A stretch of DNA of 64,000 nt from Myxococcota bacterium (GTDB lineage Bacteria > Myxococcota_A > UBA9160 > UBA4427), in contig JAQWRT010000052.1 of assembly GCA_029243605.1 (NCBI GenBank), positions 328 through 64,327 on the forward strand, in the 5' to 3' direction. The position numbers and the translations under genes are program-made. The notes beneath the pieces are model-generated. The model was given only the letters and a program-made list of their open reading frames with translations. It had not been told where the DNA came from and did no database searches. Shown here piece after piece: positions 1 through 9,035 of the stretch (position 1 is the stretch's first letter; each line of letters starts with the position of its first letter).

Positions 1-1
1 T

Positions 2-35
2 CCAAGCGCTCAGTCCCGCCAAGCGCTCAGTCCCG
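2..35. repeat. perfect 17-bp tandem duplication (ccaagcgctcagtcccg x2) spanning the rluB stop codon
   Basis: Read directly: 2-18 and 19-35 are identical. The minus-strand TGA of rluB is at 27-29 and its duplicate is at 10-12. Confidence 0.9.
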
Positions 36-896
36 GCGAGGTCCGCGAGGGGACGAAGAGCGCCCTTTTCGCGCAGCCCTTTGCCGCCGGGGCGCCTTAT
101 CCTTGAGGCGCGCGGCATGGGTTTTGAGCGCCTTGATCTCCTCGGCTCTCAGCGGGCGCGACTTCCCCACGGCCAGTCGCCCGAGGACCAGAGGCCCCAT
201 TCGAACCCGAGCTAGCTTTTTGACCGGGCGGCCTACCGCGAGCATCATCCGCCGAATCTGCCGCTTTCGCCCCTCGATCAGCGTCAGAAAAAAAGTCGAC
301 GTTCCCGTATCGGGATCGGCGCGGAGACGGTTCAGCTTGGCGGGCGCGGTCTTGCCGTCTTCGAGATAAAGGCCCGATTGAATCTTCTCGATGAGATCCG
401 GCCCGAGTTCCCCCTTCACCGTCACCCGATACTCTTTCTCGCTTTCATGGGACGGATGCAGCAGCCGCTGGGTCAAATCGCCGTCGTTGGTCAAGAGCAC
501 CAGCCCAGAGCTATCGCGATCCAGCCGACCCACCGGATGAATCGACCCCACACCCTCGGGCACCAGGTGCATCACGGTTTCCCGGCCGTGGGGATCCGAG
601 ACCGTCGTGACGACACCATTGGGTTTATGAAGCATCCAATAGCGGGGTTTCTCCGAACGAAGACGCTCCCCATCGACCATAACGACATCCTGGGTCGGAT
701 CGGCGGATTCGCCGAGGGTCGCCGTGCGCCCGTTCACCGAGACCCGGCCATCTCGAATCAACTCCTCGGCACCGCGACGAGAGGCCAGACCAGCGCTCGC
801 GACGATGCGCTGCAACCGAATCGCCGAGCCGTCCTCGGCGGGGGTATCCATCGCCTTGCGCTTGCGCACGTGACGGGGCGATTGACCGTGGGCCAT
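27..896 (-). CDS. rluB: 23S rRNA pseudouridine synthase, RluB/RsuA family (S4 domain plus PUS core, basic C-tail)
   Basis: 289-aa ORF with an S4-like LQRIVASAGLASRRGAEELI segment, the catalytic motif HPVGRLDRDSSGLVLLTNDGDL and an Arg/Lys-rich tail. Confidence 0.85.
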   Translation of the reverse strand: MAHGQSPRHVRKRKAMDTPAEDGSAIRLQRIVASAGLASRRGAEELIRDGRVSVNGRTATLGESADPTQDVVMVDGERLRSEKPRYWMLHKPNGVVTTVSDPHGRETVMHLVPEGVGSIHPVGRLDRDSSGLVLLTNDGDLTQRLLHPSHESEKEYRVTVKGELGPDLIEKIQSGLYLEDGKTAPAKLNRLRADPDTGTSTFFLTLIEGRKRQIRRMMLAVGRPVKKLARVRMGPLVLGRLAVGKSRPLRAEEIKALKTHAARLKDKAPRRQRAARKGRSSSPRGPRRD

Positions 897-901
897 CCCG
901 A

Positions 902-1735
902 TTATGCCTGATCGGGCAAGCCGGATCGCTCCGGCTCCGAAGCCGACCCAACCGCCTCTTCCCGCACCGCTTCTTCGGGAACCGCTTCCTCCGGGGCCGC
1001 TTGGGGTTCTGCGGGCGTGTCCACCGCTTCGGCATCCAACTCGGGGGCCTCACCGACCAGAGAATCGTCGACCGCGGCAGCCTCCTCGGCCTCGCCACCC
1101 CCCAATGCTTCCGCCAAGTTCTGATCTTCGGTCACCGGGGCGCCTGCCTCTGCGCCATCGTCGGCGCCATCCCCGAGAGCATCCTCGGCCACCACCTCGA
1201 GCCCCTGCTCTCGCGCCAATTCTTCGAGCTCGCGCAGGGAGGGCAATTCCTTCAGTGATTCCAGTCCAAAAATCTCGAGGAAGCGTTTGCTCGTGCCATA
1301 AATAAGCGGCCGCCCGGGCACTTCGCGGTGCCCCACAAGCCGCAGAAGCCGGCGCTCGAGCAGGCTCTTGAGAATCGCGCCCGAATCGACACCCCGCACC
1401 AGTTCCAGTTCGGCTCGGGTAATCGGCTGCTTATACGCGATGATGGCCACGGTCTCGAGAGCTGCCTGGGACAGGCGCAGGGGCCTGTCCTTCCGCAGCT
1501 TCTGGACGTAGCCCGAGAATTCGGCTCGGGTCCGGATCTGGAACCCGCCCGCGACCTCCCAAATTTCGAAAGCTCGATCCTGATCCTGGTACTCGGTATT
1601 CAATTCGTTAATGCGATCCTTGACCAGAGGCGCGTTTACCCCCGGAAGAATGGAGGCAATACGCTGAATATTCACCGGCTCGGGGGACGCGAGGATCAGA
1701 GCCTCGATGATTCGACGTTGTTCAGCTGCTTCCAT
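902..1735 (-). CDS. scpB: segregation and condensation protein B with a ~100-aa acidic C-terminal extension
   Basis: N-terminal IEALILASPEPVNIQRIA and QIRTRAEF motifs typical of ScpB. It lies directly downstream of scpA. Confidence 0.85.
   Translation of the reverse strand: MEAAEQRRIIEALILASPEPVNIQRIASILPGVNAPLVKDRINELNTEYQDQDRAFEIWEVAGGFQIRTRAEFSGYVQKLRKDRPLRLSQAALETVAIIAYKQPITRAELELVRGVDSGAILKSLLERRLLRLVGHREVPGRPLIYGTSKRFLEIFGLESLKELPSLRELEELAREQGLEVVAEDALGDGADDGAEAGAPVTEDQNLAEALGGGEAEEAAAVDDSLVGEAPELDAEAVDTPAEPQAAPEEAVPEEAVREEAVGSASEPERSGLPDQA
950..994 (-). repeat. three tandem 15-nt units encoding (P/R)EEAV inside the scpB acidic tail
   Basis: Codon-by-codon reading gives PEEAV-PEEAV-REEAV. 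Confidence 0.8.
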
Positions 1736-1744
1736 CTCAAGTCC

Positions 1745-2596
1745 TCACATGCTGTCCGTAATGCGATCGGCCCACTGGAGTTCCCCTTCGGACAACTCCA
1801 CCGCCCTCAGTCGGATCTCGCCCTGGGGCACCCCGATTGCGTTCAGGCTCTGAAAAATCTGCAACGCCGAGAGTCGGGCCAACTCCAGAACCGCGAGAAA
1901 TGTAGCCACAACCAGAGCTCGGCTCACGGGTCGATCTCCGGCGCTGATAAAAATCCCCGAGAACTCCACGGTCTGCTCGGTTCCGAAAAGATCCATCACA
2001 TGGATCATTCGCTCGCGAACCGTGATCTCTTCGGTCTCCACCGCATGGTAGCGATCGTCGGCCGGGACCGTCGCAAGAACCGAACGGAACGCCTCGAGCA
2101 GGTCGAAGAGCCCGACCTCGATCTCTCGTTCGGCCTCGGGAACCGGTTCCGGGGCCGGCCCCTCCGCCCGGTAGACATCCCGACCGAGCAAGCGGCGCTG
2201 GGCGAGGGTCTCCGCGGCCTCCTTGTAGCGCTGGTACTCCAGGAGCCGGGCCACCAAGTCGTTGCGGGGATCACCGTCTTCGCCATCGTCCCCCAGACTT
2301 TCCCGGGGAAGCAGCATGCGGGACTTGATCAGCGCCAGGGTCGCTGCCATAAGCAGGTACTCGCCGGCGACATCTATATTCAGTTCCTCCATCATCTCGA
2401 TGTAACCGAGGTATTGCTCGGCGACCTTGGCAATGGGGATATCAACGATCTCGACTTCGTTTTGCCGGATCAGGTGGAGAAGGAGGTCGAGGGGACCCTC
2501 GAAGAGCGGCAGCTTGACCGCGTAGGCGGCGTACCCCGGCCCCCCATCCAGAACAGGCAAAGAATCCGACTCGCTGTGGGCATCACTCATGGGCAT
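1745..2596 (-). CDS. scpA: segregation and condensation protein A (kleisin)
   Basis: Motif LPLFEGPLDLLLHLIRQNEVEIVDIPIAKV. The ORF extends to 2797, but the ATG at 2596 (MPMSDAH...) gives the normal length and leaves a promoter-sized gap. Confidence 0.85.
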   Translation of the reverse strand: MPMSDAHSESDSLPVLDGGPGYAAYAVKLPLFEGPLDLLLHLIRQNEVEIVDIPIAKVAEQYLGYIEMMEELNIDVAGEYLLMAATLALIKSRMLLPRESLGDDGEDGDPRNDLVARLLEYQRYKEAAETLAQRRLLGRDVYRAEGPAPEPVPEAEREIEVGLFDLLEAFRSVLATVPADDRYHAVETEEITVRERMIHVMDLFGTEQTVEFSGIFISAGDRPVSRALVVATFLAVLELARLSALQIFQSLNAIGVPQGEIRLRAVELSEGELQWADRITDSM

Positions 2597-2657
2597 ACGC
2601 TGGGACGCCAGGGGGGACTGGTTGTCGGGGGCGAATCGTCGACTCTCGCCGGCCTTC

Positions 2658-2686
2658 AGTATGAGGGATTCCACCCCCCGTAGCAA
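2658..2686 (-). promoter_or_regulatory. candidate sigma-70 promoter for scpA-scpB-rluB (TTGCTA-N17-CATACT)
   Basis: Minus strand: TTGCTA at 2686-2681, a 17-nt spacer, then CATACT at 2663-2658, in the 109-nt cca/scpA gap. Confidence 0.25.
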
Positions 2687-2705
2687 GCCCAACACCCTGA
2701 AATCG

Positions 2706-4028
2706 CTACTCTTTGGGCTTCGCTGAGCGTGAGGCTCGGCGACGGGCCCACTCCACGGCGAGCGCCGTGGCCTCCTCCCGGTTGGCGATGGCACCATCCA
2801 GGTAGGCGACCCGGATCCGCGCCAGGGCCCGACCCACGGCGGGACCCGCCAAACCGAGTTCGGTCAAATCGTCTCCCGAAAGGGGCACCCTGCGCGCTCG
2901 ATCTTCAGCGGCCCAGCGCACGATCCGGCGGCGCAGGAGCGGCTCAGACGACGCAAAGAGCGCAACCAGGCTCTCCTCATGAATTCCCCCGAGAAGGGCA
3001 TCCACCGCGCCGCGCCCTCGCGCCTTGGCCAGGCGCGCTTGCAAACGCTGGCGCTCCGCTCCGAAGCCCAAAATCCGCTCGGCGGTCTCGCCTCGAATCG
3101 CGAAGCGCTGCACGACCCTTCGACGCAAGGCCGGTCCCAGGGGTGCCAGCCAGAGAGCGAGCCCCGGCACCCAGGGCCGGAACCGATTCGACCGCCACTC
3201 GGGCTCGGCGATCAGCTTTCCCAGCCGACGAACGGGAGTCGCCGCTTCCTTGGCCCAGGCGAGCCCGGGCTCCAGCGCCGAGAGGACATGCCAGCTGGCC
3301 AGTTGTCGCAGCGCCAGGCTCGGATCGAGACCGAGTGCGGCGTCGCTGAAGACCTTCTCCAATTCGCGTCTCAGGCGCTCCCCACTGACGGCTCCCATGG
3401 CCCCGTCGCGCAGCGCATCCCGCATCGCCGAACGCGTTGACCGTCCCAATTTCATGCCCAGACGGGGAGCGAAGCGGGCGGCCCTGAGAATCCGCGTAGG
3501 ATCGTCATGAAAACTTCGCGGGTGAAGGATCCTGAGATGCCCGGCCTCCAAATCCCCTCGCCCCCCACACGGATCGGTGAGTTCCAAGGCCCCCGAGTCC
3601 TCGGCGGGCTCGATGGCCAGGGCCAAGGCATTGATACTGAAATCCCGGCGCATGAGATCCTCTTCCAGGGTCCCAGAGCTCACCTCGGGAAGTGCCCCGG
3701 GCGCCGAGTAAAGCTCCTGTCGAGCACCGGCCAGATCGAGTTGCCATTCCCCGGCCTCGACCCGCGCGGTGCCGAAACGACGGAACTCCACAACTCGTGC
3801 GCTCGCCGGGGCGGTTTTGCGCGCCAAGTCGGCGACACCCGTCCCCGGGACGACGAGCAAATCCACATCCCGGATGGGGCGATCCAGCAGAATATCCCGA
3901 ACCGGGCCACCCACCAGATAGAGAGCCTTCCCCTTCGCTCGCGCCTCGGCTCGGATCTTCTCCACCAGGGCTTGGGAGGCCGGCGGCAAGGCCGATAGCA
4001 TCGCCGCGAGGCCGATCCCTGAGCTCAT
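2706..4028 (-). CDS. cca: tRNA nucleotidyltransferase (CCA-adding enzyme / poly(A) polymerase family)
   Basis: Motifs LYLVGGPVRDILLDRPIRDVDLLV and RRDFSINALA of class II nucleotidyltransferases. The start overlaps the xerD stop by 4 nt. Confidence 0.75.
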   Translation of the reverse strand: MSSGIGLAAMLSALPPASQALVEKIRAEARAKGKALYLVGGPVRDILLDRPIRDVDLLVVPGTGVADLARKTAPASARVVEFRRFGTARVEAGEWQLDLAGARQELYSAPGALPEVSSGTLEEDLMRRDFSINALALAIEPAEDSGALELTDPCGGRGDLEAGHLRILHPRSFHDDPTRILRAARFAPRLGMKLGRSTRSAMRDALRDGAMGAVSGERLRRELEKVFSDAALGLDPSLALRQLASWHVLSALEPGLAWAKEAATPVRRLGKLIAEPEWRSNRFRPWVPGLALWLAPLGPALRRRVVQRFAIRGETAERILGFGAERQRLQARLAKARGRGAVDALLGGIHEESLVALFASSEPLLRRRIVRWAAEDRARRVPLSGDDLTELGLAGPAVGRALARIRVAYLDGAIANREEATALAVEWARRRASRSAKPKE

Positions 4029-4984
4029 TTCCGTTTGGCCTCGCCCTTGCCGCGGGGGTGGCGCGCTTCAACCGTATCGCGCAATCGGCCGCGACCCACG
4101 TGGGTGTAGACCTGAGTCGTCGAGAGATCGGAATGTCCCAGCATCGCCTGGATCGATCGCAGATCAGCGCCCCCCTCGAGCAGGTCGGTCGCAAAGGCAT
4201 GCCTCAGGACATGGGGGGAAACTCGAGCCTGATCGATTCCCGCCTTGCGCGCCAACTTGCGCAGGAGCAAGAAGAAATTTTGTCGCGTCATTGGGCTACC
4301 GCGACGGCTCAAAAAAATGGCCCTCTGGGATTCCGAGTGTTTCCCTAGCAGACCGGGCCGGGCCTCGGCCAGATACTCATCGAGACTCTTCTGCGCGGAC
4401 TCTCCTACGGGAACCAAGCGCTCTCGCTTCCCCTTCCCCAGCACACGGAGCAGGCCGCCCCGGGCGTCGAACGCCGAGATCTCAAGGGACACCAACTCGG
4501 TGACACGCAAGCCACACCCGTAGAGCAGCTCGACCATCGCAAAGTCCCGAATCCCGAGGAGGGTACTGGTATCCACCGCCCCCAACAGGGCCTCGGTCTC
4601 ATCGGTGCGCAATATCCGTGGCAGCGCCTGAACCTGCCGTGGTCCCGCGACCCCTTCGAGGGGATCCACATCGAGCCAACCCCCGGCTGCCGCAAAGGCG
4701 ATCATTCGCCGAAGCGCCGAAAGAACCCGAGCTCGACTGCTCGCCGCGAGCCCATCACCGGCGAGTTCATCGATGAAGCCCAGCACACAGGCGCGGTCCA
4801 AGGCCCTGGGCCGGGTGATCCCCTGCTCCTCCGCGTACCGAACGAAGCGCAGCAAATCACTCGCGTAGGCCTCTACTGTATTCCCGGCCAGCCCCTGTTC
4901 GAGGCGCGCATAATTCAAATAACGGTCCCTAAGCCCATCCAGATCTAGAGGCTCTCCCCCCCAGGAGGCCGTTCCGGGCTTCAC
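4025..4984 (-). CDS. xerD: site-specific tyrosine recombinase XerD
   Basis: LYGCGLRVTELVSL, MTRQNFF and HVLRHAFATDLLEGGADLRSIQAMLGHSDLSTTQVYTHV match XerD nearly residue for residue over the catalytic C-terminus. Confidence 0.8.
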   Translation of the reverse strand: MKPGTASWGGEPLDLDGLRDRYLNYARLEQGLAGNTVEAYASDLLRFVRYAEEQGITRPRALDRACVLGFIDELAGDGLAASSRARVLSALRRMIAFAAAGGWLDVDPLEGVAGPRQVQALPRILRTDETEALLGAVDTSTLLGIRDFAMVELLYGCGLRVTELVSLEISAFDARGGLLRVLGKGKRERLVPVGESAQKSLDEYLAEARPGLLGKHSESQRAIFLSRRGSPMTRQNFFLLLRKLARKAGIDQARVSPHVLRHAFATDLLEGGADLRSIQAMLGHSDLSTTQVYTHVGRGRLRDTVEARHPRGKGEAKRK

Positions 4985-7791
4985 ACCCCACCCCTTCCTG
5001 TCCGACCCTCTTCGTCGTCGGAGTCCTCTCCCCGAGCCGCGGTCAGTAGGCGTTCGCGAAGCACCACGAGCCCGTCCTCGTCACGAAATTTCCGCCCATC
5101 CGCTCCCTTGAGGTAGAAGCTATCGGTCACCTGATCCTTGATGGTGGCTGCCTTGGAAATATAAATTTCCAATCCTTGTTCGCCGAGACACCGGGTCACG
5201 TCGTAGAGCAGTCCGATTCGATCGTCGGCGATCACGTCCACAAGGGTGTAGAACTCGCTCTCTTCATTCGAAACGATCACCCGCGGCGACTTCCGGGCCG
5301 GCGGGCGGGTAAATCCAACCGGGCGACGGCTGGCCCGGACGATGCTCTCCACCGAGAGCTCGCCGCTCAACACACCGATCAGGCTCTGCTCGAAATCTCG
5401 CCAGGCCATTTCGCGTTCGTCTAGACCGCCCGCAGGTGAGCCCAACCTGTAGACCTCCAAGGCCAGGCCGGTCCGCGTGGTATAGACATTCGAACCCAAA
5501 ATATTTAAGCCATGGGCCGAGAGGGTTCCCGCTACATCCGAGTAGAGGCCATGGGCATCGGCTGTGCACAGAATGAACTCGGTAAAACCGCCGCGCATCT
5601 CGCGAAAAGCCGTGGCTGGAACCCGATCTTCGGCGTGCCGGAGAACGACCTTCGCATGCCGTGCGATCTGCTTGGGTGTGTGTGCGATAAAATATCGCCG
5701 AGGGAGTTCGTCGAAGAACGCATCGATGGACGACTGCTCCACCCCCTGGGTATTCAAAACCTCCCGGGCGCCATCCCGGCGCACTTCCACCCTGGCCTCA
5801 ATCAGCTCCATAGCCTTATCGGGGTTATCGGCCCCGGTCTCGATCATCTCTGCCGCGCGCTCGAAGAGCTCCCGAAGCAATTGGCCCTTCCAATCGGTCC
5901 AGGCATCCCGCGACGAGGCCCTGATATCCGCGAAGGTCGCCAGGTAGAGATTTCGGAGGTTGACACGGTCTCCGCAGAGCTGGGCCAGTTCCAAGATGAG
6001 ACGCGAGTCCGAGAGATCCCGGCTCTGTGCCAGATGAGACATGAGCAGGTGATGCTCAACGACAAAGAGCACCCTCTCGCTGCGCTCCTCGGGCAGACCA
6101 AGGCGCGCCAGGGTCCTCACCGCTCGGACCGCTCCCTTCCGGGAATGGTGCCCCCCAAAGCCCTTGCCAATATCGTGGAGGAGGCAACCCAAATAGAGCG
6201 CAGGTCGATCATCGACCTCCTGCATCAATTCAGTCAGCTCGGGCATGGCCTTGGCGTATTTACCGCGCCAGAGCCGGCGCAGTTCCTCCACGAGGAAGAT
6301 CGAATGCACGTCGACGGTATAAGTGTGATAGATGACGTGTTGCCAACGACAAACGATATGCGACCACTCGGGGATGAACGCCTCGAGGAGGCCCACGTCG
6401 TTCATCATCATCAGGCTGCGCATCACCCGCTTGCGCGCGTTGAGAATACGCATAAAACACGCCGAGAAAGCCGGATCCCCACGGCGCTCATCATTCAAGA
6501 GTTCCAGGTTCTCGCGGATCAAGCGCTGGGCCATGCGGGAGAGCGGCACATCATGATTCTGGGCCACTTCAAAGGCCATCAGAATTCGAATAGGTCGCTC
6601 CCGGATATGCGCCGAATGGGGAATCTCGAGGTGATCATTGGCCAGGCGGAAGCCCTCCTCGACCTCGACGCGCTCTGCCACATTCCCACTCGAACCCGCT
6701 GCTCTGGCCACACATTGGGCGATCACCAACTCCGAATGCGCCTTGATGACCCGAGCGTGGATATAATAATCCCGCATAAAACGCTCGACGGGGAGATCGG
6801 GGTTGTCGGGCCTAAAGCGCAATTCAGCGAGGGTGCCCTCCTCTTCCCCGAGTCCTTCCTCGATTGGCGGGTATCCGTCCAGGTGGCCATAACCGATGGC
6901 CTCAGCGACCTGCTCCTGCACCTCGAAGCTCATCTGGTCATTCGCGCGACCGGCCATCTGATGCAGCTCATTCCGAACCCGCCAGACAAAATCGAGAGCT
7001 TCTCTGAACTCGAGCATCTCGGATTCGGTCAGCAATCCGAAATGAAGAAAATCGTCAAGATTGCGCAGGGAGGGCTGTGCCCCCCGAGCCACCCAATACG
7101 CTGAATGGTAATCCCGCAGTGCTCCGGCGCCTTCTTTCACATTCGGCTGAAGAAGAAAGAGCGACTCGCCGTAGGCCTGATGCCTCTTCTCGAGGAGTTC
7201 GACCTGCTCGCCGATGAACGCGCCCACGTCTTGAAGCAATTCCCGGCGGATGGTATCTGCAAAATCCTGAAAGAACTCACCATCGCCACAAAGGAAACGG
7301 GCCGTGAGGACAGTGGTCCGCACGGTCACATCTTCCTTCCCCATGGCCAGGGTGTCCTCGATGGTGCGAGTTGCACACCCCACGGTCAGCCCAGCATCCC
7401 ATAACCAATATTGGAGCCGCTCGGCAATCGTCGTGACGTAATCGCTCAACTCACTGCGGTAGAGAATCAAGAGATCAACGTCCGAATGAATCGACATCTC
7501 GCGTCGAGCGAAGCCGCCCACCGCTACCACGCAGAGATCCGACTCGAGCTGCCCTCCATCATCGACGATGACTTCCTCTGCCAGCGCGAATAGCCTTCGG
7601 ACCAACCGATCGGTCAAATCCGAGTTCGCCTCGTTCACCAGTCGGCCCGATTTCGAGAGACGATGCTCTTGGGCCAAGTAGGCCCGGCACTCTCCTAGGT
7701 AGTGGCGCACGGCGGCGGGAACAGCCCGGTCCAGGGAAAGTTCGGATTGCTTCAACTCATCAAGTCGGAAATCGAGGGCCGGAGCGGACAT
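4981..7791 (-). CDS. glnD: [protein-PII] uridylyltransferase / uridylyl-removing enzyme
   Basis: 936 aa with an N-terminal nucleotidyltransferase (VAVGGFARREMSIHSDVDLLILY), an HD domain (LLHDIGKG) and two C-terminal ACT-like repeats. Confidence 0.9.
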   Translation of the reverse strand: MSAPALDFRLDELKQSELSLDRAVPAAVRHYLGECRAYLAQEHRLSKSGRLVNEANSDLTDRLVRRLFALAEEVIVDDGGQLESDLCVVAVGGFARREMSIHSDVDLLILYRSELSDYVTTIAERLQYWLWDAGLTVGCATRTIEDTLAMGKEDVTVRTTVLTARFLCGDGEFFQDFADTIRRELLQDVGAFIGEQVELLEKRHQAYGESLFLLQPNVKEGAGALRDYHSAYWVARGAQPSLRNLDDFLHFGLLTESEMLEFREALDFVWRVRNELHQMAGRANDQMSFEVQEQVAEAIGYGHLDGYPPIEEGLGEEEGTLAELRFRPDNPDLPVERFMRDYYIHARVIKAHSELVIAQCVARAAGSSGNVAERVEVEEGFRLANDHLEIPHSAHIRERPIRILMAFEVAQNHDVPLSRMAQRLIRENLELLNDERRGDPAFSACFMRILNARKRVMRSLMMMNDVGLLEAFIPEWSHIVCRWQHVIYHTYTVDVHSIFLVEELRRLWRGKYAKAMPELTELMQEVDDRPALYLGCLLHDIGKGFGGHHSRKGAVRAVRTLARLGLPEERSERVLFVVEHHLLMSHLAQSRDLSDSRLILELAQLCGDRVNLRNLYLATFADIRASSRDAWTDWKGQLLRELFERAAEMIETGADNPDKAMELIEARVEVRRDGAREVLNTQGVEQSSIDAFFDELPRRYFIAHTPKQIARHAKVVLRHAEDRVPATAFREMRGGFTEFILCTADAHGLYSDVAGTLSAHGLNILGSNVYTTRTGLALEVYRLGSPAGGLDEREMAWRDFEQSLIGVLSGELSVESIVRASRRPVGFTRPPARKSPRVIVSNEESEFYTLVDVIADDRIGLLYDVTRCLGEQGLEIYISKAATIKDQVTDSFYLKGADGRKFRDEDGLVVLRERLLTAARGEDSDDEEGRTGRGGV

Positions 7792-9035
7792 CAGGAATCG
7801 TTCTCCATACCTTCGAGAGTGCCGCTACCCGTATTCGCCTGCTGGCGATTGCCATTGCGGTAGTGACCTAGTCCGGCAGCGATTTGGGCAGCCATAACCT
7901 CCAGATAAGTATCGCTGCGCAGCAATCGTGCGTCCCTGGGATTGGTCAGGAATCCCGTTTCAACGAGAATCGCGGGCATACTCGACATGAAGAGGACATA
8001 GAAAGGCCCCTTCTTCACCCCGAGGTCAGACACGCCCCCGTAGGTCTGAGCCAGACCACGGGTCAAGTCCCGGTGGACGTAACGAGCCAGGGATTCCGAG
8101 TAGCGCGAAGCCTCGGACACTCGCAGGCGAGCCAGAGTTTCTTGGAGCGCGTCCACCTCTTCCGGCTCAACCCCGTTCTCTCTGGCCGCCACCTCGAGAT
8201 TGTGACGCTTATGCTCCTCGTCGAGGTAATAGACCTCGATTCCGCGCAAATTCTTATTCTCGGAAGCGTTCACATGAATCGAAACAAAAATATCACCTCG
8301 GGATGCTTCGGCGATCGCCGTTCTCTCCTCGAGGTTCAGAAAGCGATCGTCGTCACGGGTCAAAACAACCTTGAAGGACCGTGCCCGTAGCCGCTGGGCC
8401 AGCATTCGGGCCAGCTTCAGGTTGATATCCTTCTCGTGGAGATCGCCGATTCCAATGGCGCCGGGGTCCTTGCCACCGTGGCCCGGGTCGATCACAACGG
8501 TATGAAGCCTTCGTATCTCCATGGATAGGCGAGAGTTGCTGCCCTTGCCGGGATCCTCCCGCCCAGCTTTCGCCTTCGAGTGGATAGGGCGTGCTTCGCC
8601 ATAGACATCGATGACTACCCGATCGGGCGATCGAAGAGTAAACATCCGGTGGTGTTCGTAGCGCTCGAGATCCACCACTAGGCGGCTTGTGCTCCGGGTA
8701 TTCTGCCCCAGGCGAACTCCCTGGAGCAGCCCATCGCTCACCGGCAGCCCATCGCTATAGCGCCGGCCAACCCAGATTCCCGGCAAGTCGAGATAAAGCC
8801 GCTCGGGTCGCTCGGCTAGGGCATTCGCGGGCAAACGCACGGTGGGGTCCGCTTCCAATTCGACCGGTCGGCTCAATTCCACCACCACCCGGGTGTAATC
8901 CGGGTACGACCAAGTCCTCACGTCGCGCACATCTCCCAGCCCGGGAGGCCGCTCAGCGCCCACCAGCGTGAGTGCGAGGCCGGCGAGCAGGAGATAGCCC
9001 GCCCTTCCCTTTCCCCGTTGCCCTCGCGCCCTCAT
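7791..9035 (-). CDS. amiC: N-acetylmuramoyl-L-alanine amidase (AMIN domain plus Amidase_3)
   Basis: Signal/anchor, then an AMIN-like YTRVVVELSRPV...LYLDLPG segment and VVIDPGHGGKDPGAIG. The ATG at 9035 overlaps the mutS TGA (ATGA); the ORF could extend to 9062. Confidence 0.85.
   Translation of the reverse strand: MRARGQRGKGRAGYLLLAGLALTLVGAERPPGLGDVRDVRTWSYPDYTRVVVELSRPVELEADPTVRLPANALAERPERLYLDLPGIWVGRRYSDGLPVSDGLLQGVRLGQNTRSTSRLVVDLERYEHHRMFTLRSPDRVVIDVYGEARPIHSKAKAGREDPGKGSNSRLSMEIRRLHTVVIDPGHGGKDPGAIGIGDLHEKDINLKLARMLAQRLRARSFKVVLTRDDDRFLNLEERTAIAEASRGDIFVSIHVNASENKNLRGIEVYYLDEEHKRHNLEVAARENGVEPEEVDALQETLARLRVSEASRYSESLARYVHRDLTRGLAQTYGGVSDLGVKKGPFYVLFMSSMPAILVETGFLTNPRDARLLRSDTYLEVMAAQIAAGLGHYRNGNRQQANTGSGTLEGMENDS

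Noticed and set aside
1328-2683. A 451-aa plus-strand ORF antisense to scpB/scpA. Similar cases are 5512-7104 antisense to glnD, 55216-56946 antisense to the amidase, 16556-17830 antisense to pheA, and 57659-59035 antisense to DUF3604.
   Set aside because: All are antisense to genes with strong motif support. They have low-complexity composition and no recognisable domains. I treated them as frame-shadow artefacts.
4025-4984. Tyrosine recombinase as an integrase marking a mobile element.
   Set aside because: The sequence is XerD-like throughout and is embedded by 4-nt overlaps in a housekeeping operon. There are no att-like repeats, no tRNA and no phage or ICE genes nearby.
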